From: Waddliaceae bacterium
GTDB taxonomy: Bacteria > Chlamydiota > Chlamydiia > Chlamydiales > SLFE01
NCBI GenBank assembly: GCA_963783885.1
Contig: CAWAPJ010000006.1
Location: 1-64,000, forward strand
Direction of reading: 5' to 3'
Length of the DNA stretch: 64,000 bases
Each line of letters opens with the position of its first letter. Position 1 is the first letter of the stretch. Below are positions 50,531 to 60,570 of this stretch, one piece after another. The translations under genes and the position numbers were made by a program. The notes under the pieces were generated by a model. It worked only from the letters and a program-made list of their open reading frames with translations. It had not been told where the DNA came from and searched no databases.

Positions 50531-51100
50531 ATGGGGAGCTGTTCTAGTGTCGATTCCAGTCTTTGCAATCTGCGGCAAAATCTGACATAACTAATATCGC
50601 TAATTTAATAAAATAGACACTATCTGGGATTTTGAGCAAGATATCTGCCGGCGTCCAAGCTGTGCTTCACTTTTATAGCCGGCGTCAAGCCGCCGGCAAG
50701 TTGCTGTCAAAATCGCGTTTTTTGCAAGCCTCTCGATAGATTGATAATTAATACCGTTTTAGTTTCAATGGTTATCAAAAGGGGATATTGGGATGCGTGT
50801 ATTTTTTTTGTATTTATTTTTTATATTGAATATTGTTTCTATACAATCTCAGGAGCTTTTGCTATCAACCAATAAAAGCGGGACACATTTTTTCTTATAT
50901 TCACTTCAATATTTGACTTCCAAGCCAATAAAAAATATTGGGGGGAACGGGTTTGCAAAATTTCATACGAATTTGGATATTTCACCTGATAAGGATCCAA
51001 TTTATCACACCCACATCCCGCAGGATACGATTCACTATTTATCCGGCAACGATCAATTAATTTTTTTGACAAGAAGCCCGATTGAACTTTTCCTCCGAAG

Positions 51101-52245
51101 ACCCTGATTGCTACCTAAACCTTAGCTAGAGCTTACACGAGTGCGCCAGATACAACTGTAGCGTCGACGGCAAGGGTAATCCCTTGCCGAGGCGCTACAG
51201 GCAGTAGATGGTGTGCTCGTGTAAGCTCTAGCTGAGCTCCCCTTTGCATAAAAACGAAACACTATAGGCAAGAATTGCACAGAATACTTTTATCAAAAAG
51301 CCTTGTTCAGTGCAGAACTTAAAAGTTCTTTGGAAAAGGTTTGTTATGCAGCTAAATGTCGTCTCGACAATCTGTCGCTTGCTGCTAATTTCCCTCTCTT
51401 CAATTGGTGTTCGGACTCTATTCTTTGCTTTACATCCCCGTTTTGCAAGCAATGTAATTTGTTCTTCTTTCAAGATGTCTTCTAAATCAAAGCAATTATA
51501 CGCACCATCTGCATAAAGTTTAGAATCTGGTGGAATGTCCAGTTTCATTTCCCAGAGCACCTTTACATCGCTTACTGCTCCTGGCTTGAAAAGAACTTCA
51601 ACCGGCTTGCCTTCGCTCGTCACAATCATATGAACTTTTATGCCGCAAAAGTAACGCTTTTTAGAAGCTGCGAAACCTAAATACCTTCGTTCTAGAAAAA
51701 CCTTCCGTTTATCGATTCAATTTTTCTGACAACATGAAACTGGAAAGCTGTCTATAGCAAAACCCTGATCTTTATTTATTTGCTTAAAAAATAGAGCTAA
51801 AAAACGGAAAATGGCGTTCCAACAAATCCAAGGAATTTTATGAATTCGGCGATTTAGCCGGCTATTGCTTAAAATAGCTCTGAATAATCGTAATCTTTTA
51901 CATAAATATCTGGACATTTTATAGTTACAAGAAAAATATTTTGCTGATAAAATAGCAAAAGTTATCACTTCTGCGTTGGACATTTGAGATTGAGGATCGT
52001 CTTTAATCCCCAAAATTCGAAGGATTTCTTCGCTGATGACATAAACTGTTGTTGCGTAAGTTTCCATGATGCCCCCTTTTTTTGGCTAAGGAAGTATCAT
52101 AGAGACTATTGTCGTTAAAATCTTTCATTGAATTCATCTGCTAAGCCTCGATTATCGGCAAGGGATTACCCTTGCCTTCAAATCGAGTCTACGCATCTGA
52201 ATCCAACGAAAGACTTTAACAACAAGTTTAGGTAGCAATCAGGGT
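51101..52245 (-). mobile_element. IS982-family element, copy 2
   Basis: Same TIRs as copy 1; TSD CGAAG at 51096-51100 and 52246-52250. Confidence 0.93.
51228..52067 (-). pseudogene. IS982 transposase with an in-frame nonsense codon
   Basis: AGA in copy 1 is TGA here (51717-51719); otherwise nearly identical. Confidence 0.9.
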
Positions 52246-52769
52246 CGAAGGTTTGGGTTTCCTCAAACAAAATTTCTGTTAGAAATTATTGCCTTTGATC
52301 TTCCTTTTGATTCATCAATAATTCTAACAGATCCCAAAACAGGGGATCCAATTAAGATTCAGCATGCCCTCAATATCATCAATCAGATTATAACTTCTTT
52401 TAAGATTTATCATGATTTACAAATTCAAAACAAAATCATTTTGTTCTATGAAGATTTAGTTTCCGAACCTGCAAAAATAATGGAAAAGGTGCTTTCTTTC
52501 ATCAATGAGGATAGTCATCGATTACAAGAATATTCGGAAAATATTGATGCTATTCGACACAATGCCTATATCGCCTATACCGAACAATGGGATCGGGATC
52601 CCTCCACCATCGCCCGTTCAGATGGCTTCAATCCTTTGTATTATCAAGAACTGCAGACTGAAAACGAAGTCAATGAAATTAAAAAACTGGTCGGGCTTGT
52701 CTTTCCTCAAGACTGCGGGGAATACTTAGAACGGTTTTTGAAATAGATCTATTTAGCGCCTTGAAAGTG

Positions 52770-53300
52770 TTAACGAAATTCTTTTTTGATTCGGCGGAGG
52801 TCGGCTTCGATTTCCTTGCGGTGCTTCTTGTCTGTCCGGTCGATCATGAGGACGCCGTTAATGTGGTCGTTCTCGTGCATGCAGCAGCGGGCCTGGAGGC
52901 CGGAGAACTCTTTTGTGAAACGGTTGCCTTCGAGATCGGTCGCTTCCACCGTAATGCGGTAGGGTCTGACGACGGGAACATAGAGCTTCGGGATCGAAAG
53001 GCACCCTTCCCCGCTTTCCCAGGATTCGGCGCTGGGCTCCGAGAGAATAGGGTTGATAAAAACATAGAGAGGCCCCTCGTCAAACTGGTCGGGGTCGTCT
53101 TGAGAAGGGACAGGGACTTTAGTGATAAACAGCCTGAGGTCTTTTCCTACTTGCGGGGCCGCGAGGCCGATGCCGTTTTGAGCTTCCAGGGTTTCGGCCA
53201 TATCGCTCACGAGACGGCGGATTTCGTCGTTGATCTCTTCGACTTCCCGGCATTTTTTCCTAAGTATCGGATTGCCGTAATAGGCTAGTGGCAATTTCAT
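52770..53300 (-). CDS. def: Peptide deformylase
   Basis: GIGLAAPQVG, EGCLS, HENDHING. Confidence 0.96.
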   Translation of the reverse strand: MKLPLAYYGNPILRKKCREVEEINDEIRRLVSDMAETLEAQNGIGLAAPQVGKDLRLFITKVPVPSQDDPDQFDEGPLYVFINPILSEPSAESWESGEGCLSIPKLYVPVVRPYRITVEATDLEGNRFTKEFSGLQARCCMHENDHINGVLMIDRTDKKHRKEIEADLRRIKKEFR

Positions 53301-53326
53301 GCCTCTTATTATACACTGCTTGGTAG

Positions 53327-55630
53327 ATGAAGACAATATTGGAACAGCGATGCGCTCTTTGCGGCCTTAAGGCTTCAGCGGCGCTTTATTTAGAAGAGGG
53401 GCTTCCGTTCTGCTGCCCGGGGTGCCGGGCTGTCTACAGGATTCTTGAGGCTCAAAAGAGCCTGAGCGGCTACGATGAGCACCCCGTTTTTCGAGAGGCG
53501 GTCAAATCGGGGCTGATCTCCAATCCCGAGCTGCTCGAGAAGATGAGGGAAAAATCCCGCGAAATAGAGGGGCTGGAAACACAGAAGCTGCATCTGGAAA
53601 TTGAAAATATGTGGTGCCCCTCGTGTGCCGAGGTCATCAAGCTGGTCTTGGAACAGCTGAAAGGGGTTAAAAATTGCCTTGTCGACTATTGCACCGATTT
53701 GGCTTCGATCGAGTGGGCTCCCAGGTTTATTTCCGAGGATCGGATCATTGCGGCTATCAGCTCTCTCGGTTACCGTCCTCAGAGGCTGGAGGATGTTCGG
53801 GAAAAACCTTGCCATTCCGGCTTATGGCTTAAGTTTATCATTGCGGCATTTTGTGCCCTCAATGTCATGATGTTTTCCTATCCGGTTTATGCCAGTTATT
53901 TTTTTCCCGATGAGGCGGGACTAGCGGAGATGTTTTCGTGGCTCTCGCTTGCAGCTTCGATTCCGGCTCTCGGTTTTTGCGGCTATCCTATTTATCTCCG
54001 TTTTTGGAATGGGCTCAAGGCGGGCATTATCGGTATGGAAGCTCTCATTTCCCTGAGCGTTTTTTCGGCTTTTGGGTTTTCGGTGTATGAGCTTCTGATG
54101 GGATCGAAGCATATCTATTTTGATACGGCCACAGTTATCGTGACATTTGTTTTGCTTGGGAAAATCATCGAGTCCAAAGCGAAATTTTCGGCAAAGGAAT
54201 CGCTAATGCGTCTGACGCGGGCTTTGCCCAGAAGAGGACGGAAACAGGATTTGGGTTTTGTGCCGTTAAAAGATATTCAGGCAGGCGACATCTTGATCGC
54301 CCATGCGGGTGAAAAAATTGTTTTGGACGGCGTCGTCGTGGAAGGGGAGGGGGGAGCCGATGAGTCTTTGATGACTGGCGAGGTGGTTCCGGCGGCCAAA
54401 TCCATAGGGGACAAGGTTGTCAGCGGCTCGCTGCTTTTGAGGGGGTCGATTGCCTATCGAGTTGCCGCAACCCTCGAGCAGTCGACGCTTAAGGAAATGA
54501 TTTCCCTGATTGAAACAGAGCTCGAGCATAAGGTGCCCTATACGCGATCGGCAGATATGGCGGCCAAAAGGTTTGTGCCCGCCGTTTTGATGATCGCTCT
54601 TGCTATTGTCTTTTTCGACCCGCTAAGGGCGCTTTCGGTTTTGGTGATAGCCTGTCCCTGCGCATTGGGGATCGCGGCTCCTCTTGTTGAATCCCGGTTG
54701 ATGCACTCTCTGTTATCTTTGGGGGCGGTGATTCGGAATCGGGGCGTATTGTCAGTGCTTGGCAAGGAGACGGCCTATGTTTTTGATAAAACGGGTACGG
54801 TGACAGAAGGAAAGTTTCGTGTGCTTTCAGGGTTGGAGCATTTTTCAGAAACGGAGAGAGCGGTTTTAAAGTCGATGTCCCTTCGTTCGGCCCATCCGAT
54901 ATCGGTTGCCATTTCGAATGCGATTCATGAAAAGCCCGTTTTTCTCCAGTCTTTTGAAGACGTCCAGGGCTTCGGGCTTAAAGCGTCTTATCAGAATGTC
55001 CAATACCGTCTCGGCTGCCCATCTTTTTTCAATGGACCGTGCCCTAAAAGCAACGAGGATGGAGTGATCACGACAGTGCTGTTTGCAAGAGAGGGCAGAA
55101 AGCCTGAAGCCATCTTTCTTGGTGATCACATCAGGCCGGAAATTAAAGAAATTATTTGTTTCCTTCCTATAAGTTATCTTGTTTCGGGCGATGGAGAGGC
55201 CACAGTCGCGAAAGTTGCAAAAATATGCGGATTTGACGGTTTTGCCGCCGAATCACAGCCTTTGCAAAAACGAGATTTTATCGATCGTCTCCGAAAACAG
55301 GGTGAGATTGTTTGTTTTGTGGGGGACGGCCTCAATGACGCCCCCGCTATTGCTGTGGCTAATGTGGGAATCTCGGTGATGACGGCGGCCGATATGTCGA
55401 TTCAGGCGTCGGATATACTGCTGACAACTGACAATCTTTCCGTTTTGACGGCTTTAAGAGTTCTTGGAAGCAAGGGGCGCCGCCTGATTAGGCAGAATCT
55501 ATTTTGGGCTTTCGGATACAACGCCGTCGGTATCGGATTGGCCCTTTTTGGCTATCTCACTCCGATCTATGCCGCATTTGCCATGGTGGCGAGCAGCGTC
55601 ATCGTCATCCTAAACTCGCAAAGAATATAA
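53327..55630 (+). CDS. Heavy-metal P1B-type ATPase (FixI/CcoI-like)
   Basis: CALCG..FCCPGC, MWCPSC, CPC, DKTGT, HP, GDGLNDAP. Confidence 0.92.
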   Translation: MKTILEQRCALCGLKASAALYLEEGLPFCCPGCRAVYRILEAQKSLSGYDEHPVFREAVKSGLISNPELLEKMREKSREIEGLETQKLHLEIENMWCPSCAEVIKLVLEQLKGVKNCLVDYCTDLASIEWAPRFISEDRIIAAISSLGYRPQRLEDVREKPCHSGLWLKFIIAAFCALNVMMFSYPVYASYFFPDEAGLAEMFSWLSLAASIPALGFCGYPIYLRFWNGLKAGIIGMEALISLSVFSAFGFSVYELLMGSKHIYFDTATVIVTFVLLGKIIESKAKFSAKESLMRLTRALPRRGRKQDLGFVPLKDIQAGDILIAHAGEKIVLDGVVVEGEGGADESLMTGEVVPAAKSIGDKVVSGSLLLRGSIAYRVAATLEQSTLKEMISLIETELEHKVPYTRSADMAAKRFVPAVLMIALAIVFFDPLRALSVLVIACPCALGIAAPLVESRLMHSLLSLGAVIRNRGVLSVLGKETAYVFDKTGTVTEGKFRVLSGLEHFSETERAVLKSMSLRSAHPISVAISNAIHEKPVFLQSFEDVQGFGLKASYQNVQYRLGCPSFFNGPCPKSNEDGVITTVLFAREGRKPEAIFLGDHIRPEIKEIICFLPISYLVSGDGEATVAKVAKICGFDGFAAESQPLQKRDFIDRLRKQGEIVCFVGDGLNDAPAIAVANVGISVMTAADMSIQASDILLTTDNLSVLTALRVLGSKGRRLIRQNLFWAFGYNAVGIGLALFGYLTPIYAAFAMVASSVIVILNSQRI

Positions 55631-55711
55631 TAAATTTTTTATAAGTTAATCTTAATTTTTTATTAATGTTTGTTTGCTATTTTTGTTTCTTAAACAACAC
55701 AAGGAGATATT

Positions 55712-56071
55712 ATGGCAAATACAATTACTAATCAAAATTATACTTCAAACCCTATATATCAAGAAAAGCAAAGGAACTCCGAGGCACAGTCTATTCCGGT
55801 TAATGCCAAAATAGGCAGCAAAAACTGTAAAGTTGACAAGATCATGCGTGGAATCGGGCATGCTTTGCTGGGCACTGCTTTGCTGGCATCAGTGATTGCG
55901 GTCAATGCTTTTGCAGGAGCAGGTATAGGTTTGGCCATCGCTGTTTTTTGGCCTACTGTTTTCGTGGCACCGATATTAATAGGGGTTACTGCACTTGTAA
56001 CAATGCCGGCAACTATTAAAGCTGTTGATCAATTCGCCAAAGCTATTGAAAATTTTGCTGAAGCAGTATAG
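55712..56071 (+). CDS. Inc-like membrane protein (paralog 1)
   Basis: Bilobed hydrophobic domain of about 55 aa; AAGGAG RBS. Confidence 0.7.
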   Translation: MANTITNQNYTSNPIYQEKQRNSEAQSIPVNAKIGSKNCKVDKIMRGIGHALLGTALLASVIAVNAFAGAGIGLAIAVFWPTVFVAPILIGVTALVTMPATIKAVDQFAKAIENFAEAV

Positions 56072-56146
56072 TTTTATTTTGAGATTTCGGGTACAATTTA
56101 GTCGGTATCTGATTGGCCCTCTTCGGCTGTTACACTCTGTTCTATG

Positions 56147-56352
56147 ACCCTGATTGCTACTTTAACGACAAGTTTAGGTAGCAATCTAGTACCCTATCAA
56201 CTTTGTATTGATAAGTGAGACGATGAGATTTTTGTGACTGCCGAAGCGTGGAGATCGAAGGAAACTTAGTCAAGTTTCCGAGATCGAACGCAATGGCAGT
56301 TGCGAAAAGGTCGAGTCTCACTTATCAATACAAAGTTGATAGGGTACTAGGT
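56147..56352. mobile_element. Internally deleted mini-IS982 containing a nested MITE
   Basis: ACCCTGATTGCTAC joined to TTTAACGACAAGTTTAGGTAGCAAT; flanking CTATG duplication at 56142-56146 and 56353-56357. Confidence 0.75.
56186..56350. mobile_element. 165-bp hairpin MITE bounded by CTAG
   Basis: Perfect 36-bp inverted repeats CTAGTACCCTATCAACTTTGTATTGATAAGTGAGAC; interior is also self-complementary. Confidence 0.85.
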
Positions 56353-56498
56353 CTATGGCGCATTTGCGATGATTTCAGCAGAGTGACCATTATTCTAAAC
56401 TCGGAAATATTATAATATTTTTTCTATAATTCATTCTTGATTTTTTTGTAATATCTGTTTATTATCGTCTTTTTTATCAAAAAAATGAAGGAGATATT

Positions 56499-56840
56499 AT
56501 GAGTATAAATTTTAATAATAACCAATCGTATGTTGAGAACCAAGAGAATTGGACGAGACCGATGATTCGGGTAAATATAGAAATAAATGGTAAATGCCGT
56601 AAAGTTAACAAGATCGTGCACGGAATTGGACACGCTATGTTGGGCGTCGCTTTGCTAACATCGGCCATTGCGGTAGATGTTATGGTGAGCTTGGGCGTGG
56701 CTTTGACTATTGCAGTTTTCTGGCCTGCAGTTTTCATCTCACCGGTATTTATGGGGGCTTGTTTGATTGTAACATTGCCGGCAGGTTTTAAAACTGGAGA
56801 ACAATTCGCAAAAGCTTTTATTGATTTTTCTGAAATATAA
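56499..56840 (+). CDS. Inc-like membrane protein (paralog 2)
   Basis: KV.KI..GIGHA.LG.ALL.S..AV..AVFWP.VF shared with paralog 1. Confidence 0.7.
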   Translation: MSINFNNNQSYVENQENWTRPMIRVNIEINGKCRKVNKIVHGIGHAMLGVALLTSAIAVDVMVSLGVALTIAVFWPAVFISPVFMGACLIVTLPAGFKTGEQFAKAFIDFSEI

Positions 56841-56925
56841 TCATTTTTTCTGCCGGATTTGTCGAAAAAATAACGTGATGGTAGATTCTCTTAAAGAGAC
56901 AATTTGACACTTTGAGGATTTCAGA

Positions 56926-57198
56926 ATGTATGATGCCATCATTATTGGAACGGGACAATCGGGGCCTTCGCTTGCCAGCCGGTTGACATAGGTGGGCAGG
57001 TAAGTCGCGATTATTGAGCGTAAGCGTTTTGGCGGCACTTGCATCATAATAGATGCACGCCTACAAAGCTTTGTCGCCAATGCAAAAGCAGCCCATACGA
57101 TGCGGAATGCCGGGACTTACGGCATCGATCAGCTGCAGACCACCCAGCCTCACATCTTTGCGATGGGTGACTGCAATGGAAGAAGGATTGGAATCAAT
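56926..57198 (+). pseudogene. Pyridine nucleotide-disulfide oxidoreductase remnant
   Basis: MYDAIIIGTGQSGP..*..*VAIIERKRFGGTC..TTQPHIFAMGDCNG; two stops and a large internal deletion. Confidence 0.75.
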
Positions 57199-58278
57199 TT
57201 AAGCGATCTTTCTCTCGGCTTCGCGGGGAGGCCGGAGTTCTTCTGTTTTTTCATGAGTCCATTCGAGAATGACTTTGCCGCTGTTTCCGCTGAGCATGGC
57301 ATCGAATCCCTTTTGAAAGTCTTCCGCGGCGAATCTGTGCGTGATCACAGGGGTGATATCCATGCCGCTTTGAAGCATTTTGGTCATCTGAAACCATGTA
57401 TTGAAGATTTCGCGGCCAAAGATCCCTTTGATTGTCAGCATTTTGAAAATCACAAGGTCCCAGTCAATATGGGTATCGTAAGGGAGAAGGCCGAGGAGGC
57501 CGATGTTGCCGCCGGGTTTGAGAGTTTCCAGGGCGTCTTTTAAGGCTTGGGGACTGCCCGACATTTCCAGGGCAACGGAGAAGCCGTCTTTGACACCAAG
57601 CTTTCCAAGCGATTTTTTTAAGCTCTCATTCGAGACGTTCAGGATGCTTGTCGCTCCGGCTTGCTTGGCCAGGCCGAGGCGGTAGTCGTTGACATCGGTG
57701 ACGATGATGTGCTTGGCGCCTGCCTGTTTGGCTATCGCCGCGCTCATGATGCCGATGGGCCCGGCTCCGGTAATCAGGATGTCTTCGCCGAGAAGATTGA
57801 AGGATAGGGCAGTGTGGACAGCGTTGCCGAGAGGGTCGAAAACAGCGGCGACTTCATCGGGTATTCCATTCGGGATTTTAAAGACATTGGCCGCTTTTAA
57901 GGGGAAATAGTCGGCAAAACAGCCGTGGGTGTGGATGCCGATCACCTTTGTTTTTGGGCAGAGGTGTCTTTTTCCTGTCTGGCAGTTTTTACAGATGCCG
58001 CAGGTAATATGACCTTCGCCGCTCACTTTTTCTCCAATGGAAAGATTGTTGACATTTTTTCCGATCTGGGCAATGCGGCCCATAAATTCATGGCCGATCA
58101 CAAGGGGAACAGGTATTGTTTTCTCTGCCCAGCGGTCCCATTTGTAAATGTGGACGTCGGTTCCGCATATTGCCGTTTTGATCGGCTGGATGAGTACCTC
58201 GTCGTCTTTGATTTCGGGCTTGGGGACTTCTTCAAGCCAGATTCCGGGTTTCGCTTCACGTTTGACAAGGGCTTTCAT
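57199..58278 (-). CDS. tdh: L-threonine 3-dehydrogenase
   Basis: [41 protein letters not shown]. Confidence 0.96.
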   Translation of the reverse strand: MKALVKREAKPGIWLEEVPKPEIKDDEVLIQPIKTAICGTDVHIYKWDRWAEKTIPVPLVIGHEFMGRIAQIGKNVNNLSIGEKVSGEGHITCGICKNCQTGKRHLCPKTKVIGIHTHGCFADYFPLKAANVFKIPNGIPDEVAAVFDPLGNAVHTALSFNLLGEDILITGAGPIGIMSAAIAKQAGAKHIIVTDVNDYRLGLAKQAGATSILNVSNESLKKSLGKLGVKDGFSVALEMSGSPQALKDALETLKPGGNIGLLGLLPYDTHIDWDLVIFKMLTIKGIFGREIFNTWFQMTKMLQSGMDITPVITHRFAAEDFQKGFDAMLSGNSGKVILEWTHEKTEELRPPREAERKIA

Positions 58279-59464
58279 GAATCACTCCGAGTTCTTTACC
58301 GACAGCCTTGAAGGCTTCAATGGCTTTGTCTAAATCTTCTTGAGAATGGGCGGCAGACATTTGCGTACGGATTCTGGCCTGCCCTTTCGGGACGACAGGA
58401 TAGAAGAATCCGATGACGTAGACGCCGTGGTCTAGCATGCGGGCGGCAAACTCCTGGGCGAGTTTGGCGTCTCCCAGCATGATGGGAATAATGGGATGTC
58501 TTCCGGGTACAAGGTCGAATCCTGCCGCTTCCATTTTTTTTCGGAAGTATTGGCTGCCCGCATGCAGTTTTTTTCTCAGTTCATCACTTGTGGTGAGGAG
58601 GTCCAGAACGGTTAAGGAAGCGGCGGTTATCGAGGGGGCAACAGCATTTGAGAACAGGTAGGGTCTTGAGCGCTGCCTAAGCATTTCGATCACTTCCTTT
58701 CTTCCCGATGTGTATCCTCCCGTCGCTCCTCCTAAAGCTTTGCCGAGAGTTCCGGTTATGATGTCCACCCGTCCCATCACGCCGCACTCTTCGTGGGTTC
58801 CTTTGCCGTTTTCTCCCATGAATCCGACGGCGTGGCAATCGTCGACCATGACCAGGGCGTTGTATTTGTCGGCCAGATCGCAAATTGCCGGGAGGTTGGC
58901 AATGATGCCGTCCATGGAAAAGACGCCGTCTGTCGCGATGATGCGGAAACGGCAATCCTGGGCTTCTTTAAGCTTTTCCTCTAGGTCTTTCATATCGCTA
59001 TTGGCATAGCGGAAGCGTTTGGCTTTAGAGAGCCTGATCCCGTCAATGATGCTGGCGTGGTTGAGCTCGTCGCTGATGATCGCGTCTTCGGGTCCAAGAA
59101 GAGTTTCAAAAAGCCCTCCGTTAGCATCAAAACATGAGGCGTAAAGTATGGAACTTTCCGTTCCGAGAAATTCGGAGAGCTTTTTTTCAAGCTTGTGATG
59201 GATGGTCTGTGTGCCGCAGATGAAGCGGACAGATGAGAGGCCGAAGCCGAATTCGTCAAAACTTTTTTTTGCAGAAGCGATGATTTCGGGGTTGTCGGCA
59301 AGTCCCAGGTAGTTATTCGAGCAGAAATTCAGCACTTCTTTTCCTGAAGAGAGCTTGATATGGGAGCTTTGGGGGGAAGCGATTTCCCTCTCGTCTTTAT
59401 AGAGCCCCTGCTCTTTGATTTCCGATACCTGTCCGGCAAGATATTCTAAAAATTTATTATCCAT
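58256..59464 (-). CDS. kbl: 2-amino-3-ketobutyrate CoA ligase
   Basis: [40 protein letters not shown]. Confidence 0.96.
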   Translation of the reverse strand: MDNKFLEYLAGQVSEIKEQGLYKDEREIASPQSSHIKLSSGKEVLNFCSNNYLGLADNPEIIASAKKSFDEFGFGLSSVRFICGTQTIHHKLEKKLSEFLGTESSILYASCFDANGGLFETLLGPEDAIISDELNHASIIDGIRLSKAKRFRYANSDMKDLEEKLKEAQDCRFRIIATDGVFSMDGIIANLPAICDLADKYNALVMVDDCHAVGFMGENGKGTHEECGVMGRVDIITGTLGKALGGATGGYTSGRKEVIEMLRQRSRPYLFSNAVAPSITAASLTVLDLLTTSDELRKKLHAGSQYFRKKMEAAGFDLVPGRHPIIPIMLGDAKLAQEFAARMLDHGVYVIGFFYPVVPKGQARIRTQMSAAHSQEDLDKAIEAFKAVGKELGVIHESPCQT

Positions 59465-59538
59465 GAATCTTCTCCTTCATTCAATTAAAGACTAAAAATT
59501 GAAAAAATACAAGGTTAAAAAGTGAAAAATCATGTATA

Positions 59539-60570
59539 ATGCTATTCATTATGATGGTGTTAGGTATCGAAACAACTTGCGATGAAACTGCCTCTGCCGT
59601 TGTCAGGGAAGGGCGGGAAATCTTGTCGAATATCGTGTCGTCGCAAGTCGATTTACAAAAACAGTTTGGGGGAGTGGTTCCCGAGCTGGCCTGCAGAAGG
59701 CATATCGAAGTCTTGCAGCCTGTCATCGATCAGGCCCTTGCCGAAGCTGGGGTCGCTTTTGATGATATCGGACTGATCGCCGTAGCCAAAGGCCCGGGGC
59801 TGATCGGCCCTTTAATGATCGGCATTAACGCGGCGAAGGCTCTCTCGTGGGCGACAGGCATCCCGTTTATCGGTGTGAATCATATTGAAGCTCATCTTTA
59901 TGCAGCTTTGATGTCGCACGGCCACGCTGTGGCGTTTCCTTGCTTGGGCGCAGTCTTGTCTGGCGGGCATACATCTCTTCTTTACATGGAAGGGATAGGC
60001 AGATACCGCTTGATCGGACAAACTGTCGATGATGCCATCGGGGAGGCCTTTGATAAGGCGGCAAAGATTTTGGGGCTTCCCTATCCGGGCGGGCCCGAGA
60101 TTGAAAAAATCGCAAAAAAAGGCGATCCAAAACGCTTTATCTTAAAATCCGGGCGGGTGAAAAACCGCCCGTTCGACTTTTCTTTCAGCGGCCTGAAGAC
60201 AGCGGTTCTTTACGCCGCAAAAGGACCCAAGTCCAACTATCACTCTCCCCTTGTAATTAGCAAAGGAGACATACCCCATATCGCGGCCTCTTTTCAGGAA
60301 GCCGCCCTTTCGGATGTCGTCTGTAAAGCGTTAAAAGCTGCTGATGCTTATCAATGCGAATCCCTTGTTTTTGGCGGGGGCGTCACTTGCAACCGGAGGC
60401 TTCGGGAAATGTTTGCGGAAAAAGATCCGAGGCGTCATTATTATTTTCCATCGGAGGGTTTAAGTTTGGACAATGCCGCGATGATTGCCGGTCTGGGCTT
60501 TGAAAAATATGCGCTTGCCGCAGGCGGCGACTCCCTCGACCTTGAAGCGAAAACATCACTGGTATTATGA
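59539..60570 (+). CDS. tsaD: tRNA threonylcarbamoyladenosine synthesis protein TsaD
   Basis: LGIETTCDET, GGVVPELA, HIEAH, SGGHT, DDAIGEAFDK, DNAAMIA; start may be 59551 or 59554. Confidence 0.96.
   Translation: MLFIMMVLGIETTCDETASAVVREGREILSNIVSSQVDLQKQFGGVVPELACRRHIEVLQPVIDQALAEAGVAFDDIGLIAVAKGPGLIGPLMIGINAAKALSWATGIPFIGVNHIEAHLYAALMSHGHAVAFPCLGAVLSGGHTSLLYMEGIGRYRLIGQTVDDAIGEAFDKAAKILGLPYPGGPEIEKIAKKGDPKRFILKSGRVKNRPFDFSFSGLKTAVLYAAKGPKSNYHSPLVISKGDIPHIAASFQEAALSDVVCKALKAADAYQCESLVFGGGVTCNRRLREMFAEKDPRRHYYFPSEGLSLDNAAMIAGLGFEKYALAAGGDSLDLEAKTSLVL

Larger units (their letters stand above)
50793..52746 (+). pseudogene. Sulfotransferase gene interrupted by IS982
   Basis: KSGTH PAPS-binding loop, TRSP, YEDLVSEP..MEKVLSFI; halves rejoin in frame (267 aa). 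Confidence 0.8.

Noticed and set aside
50545-50700. TAGTGTC..GACACTA short inverted repeat and GCCGGC cluster
   Set aside because: The arms are only about 11 bp and degenerate; it may be a MITE/REP relic but cannot be supported
51717-51719. Programmed readthrough or frameshift in IS982 copy 2
   Set aside because: Copy 1 has AGA at this codon, so a point nonsense mutation is sufficient
57100-57543. 147-aa plus-strand ORF
   Set aside because: It is the pseudogene tail running antisense into tdh
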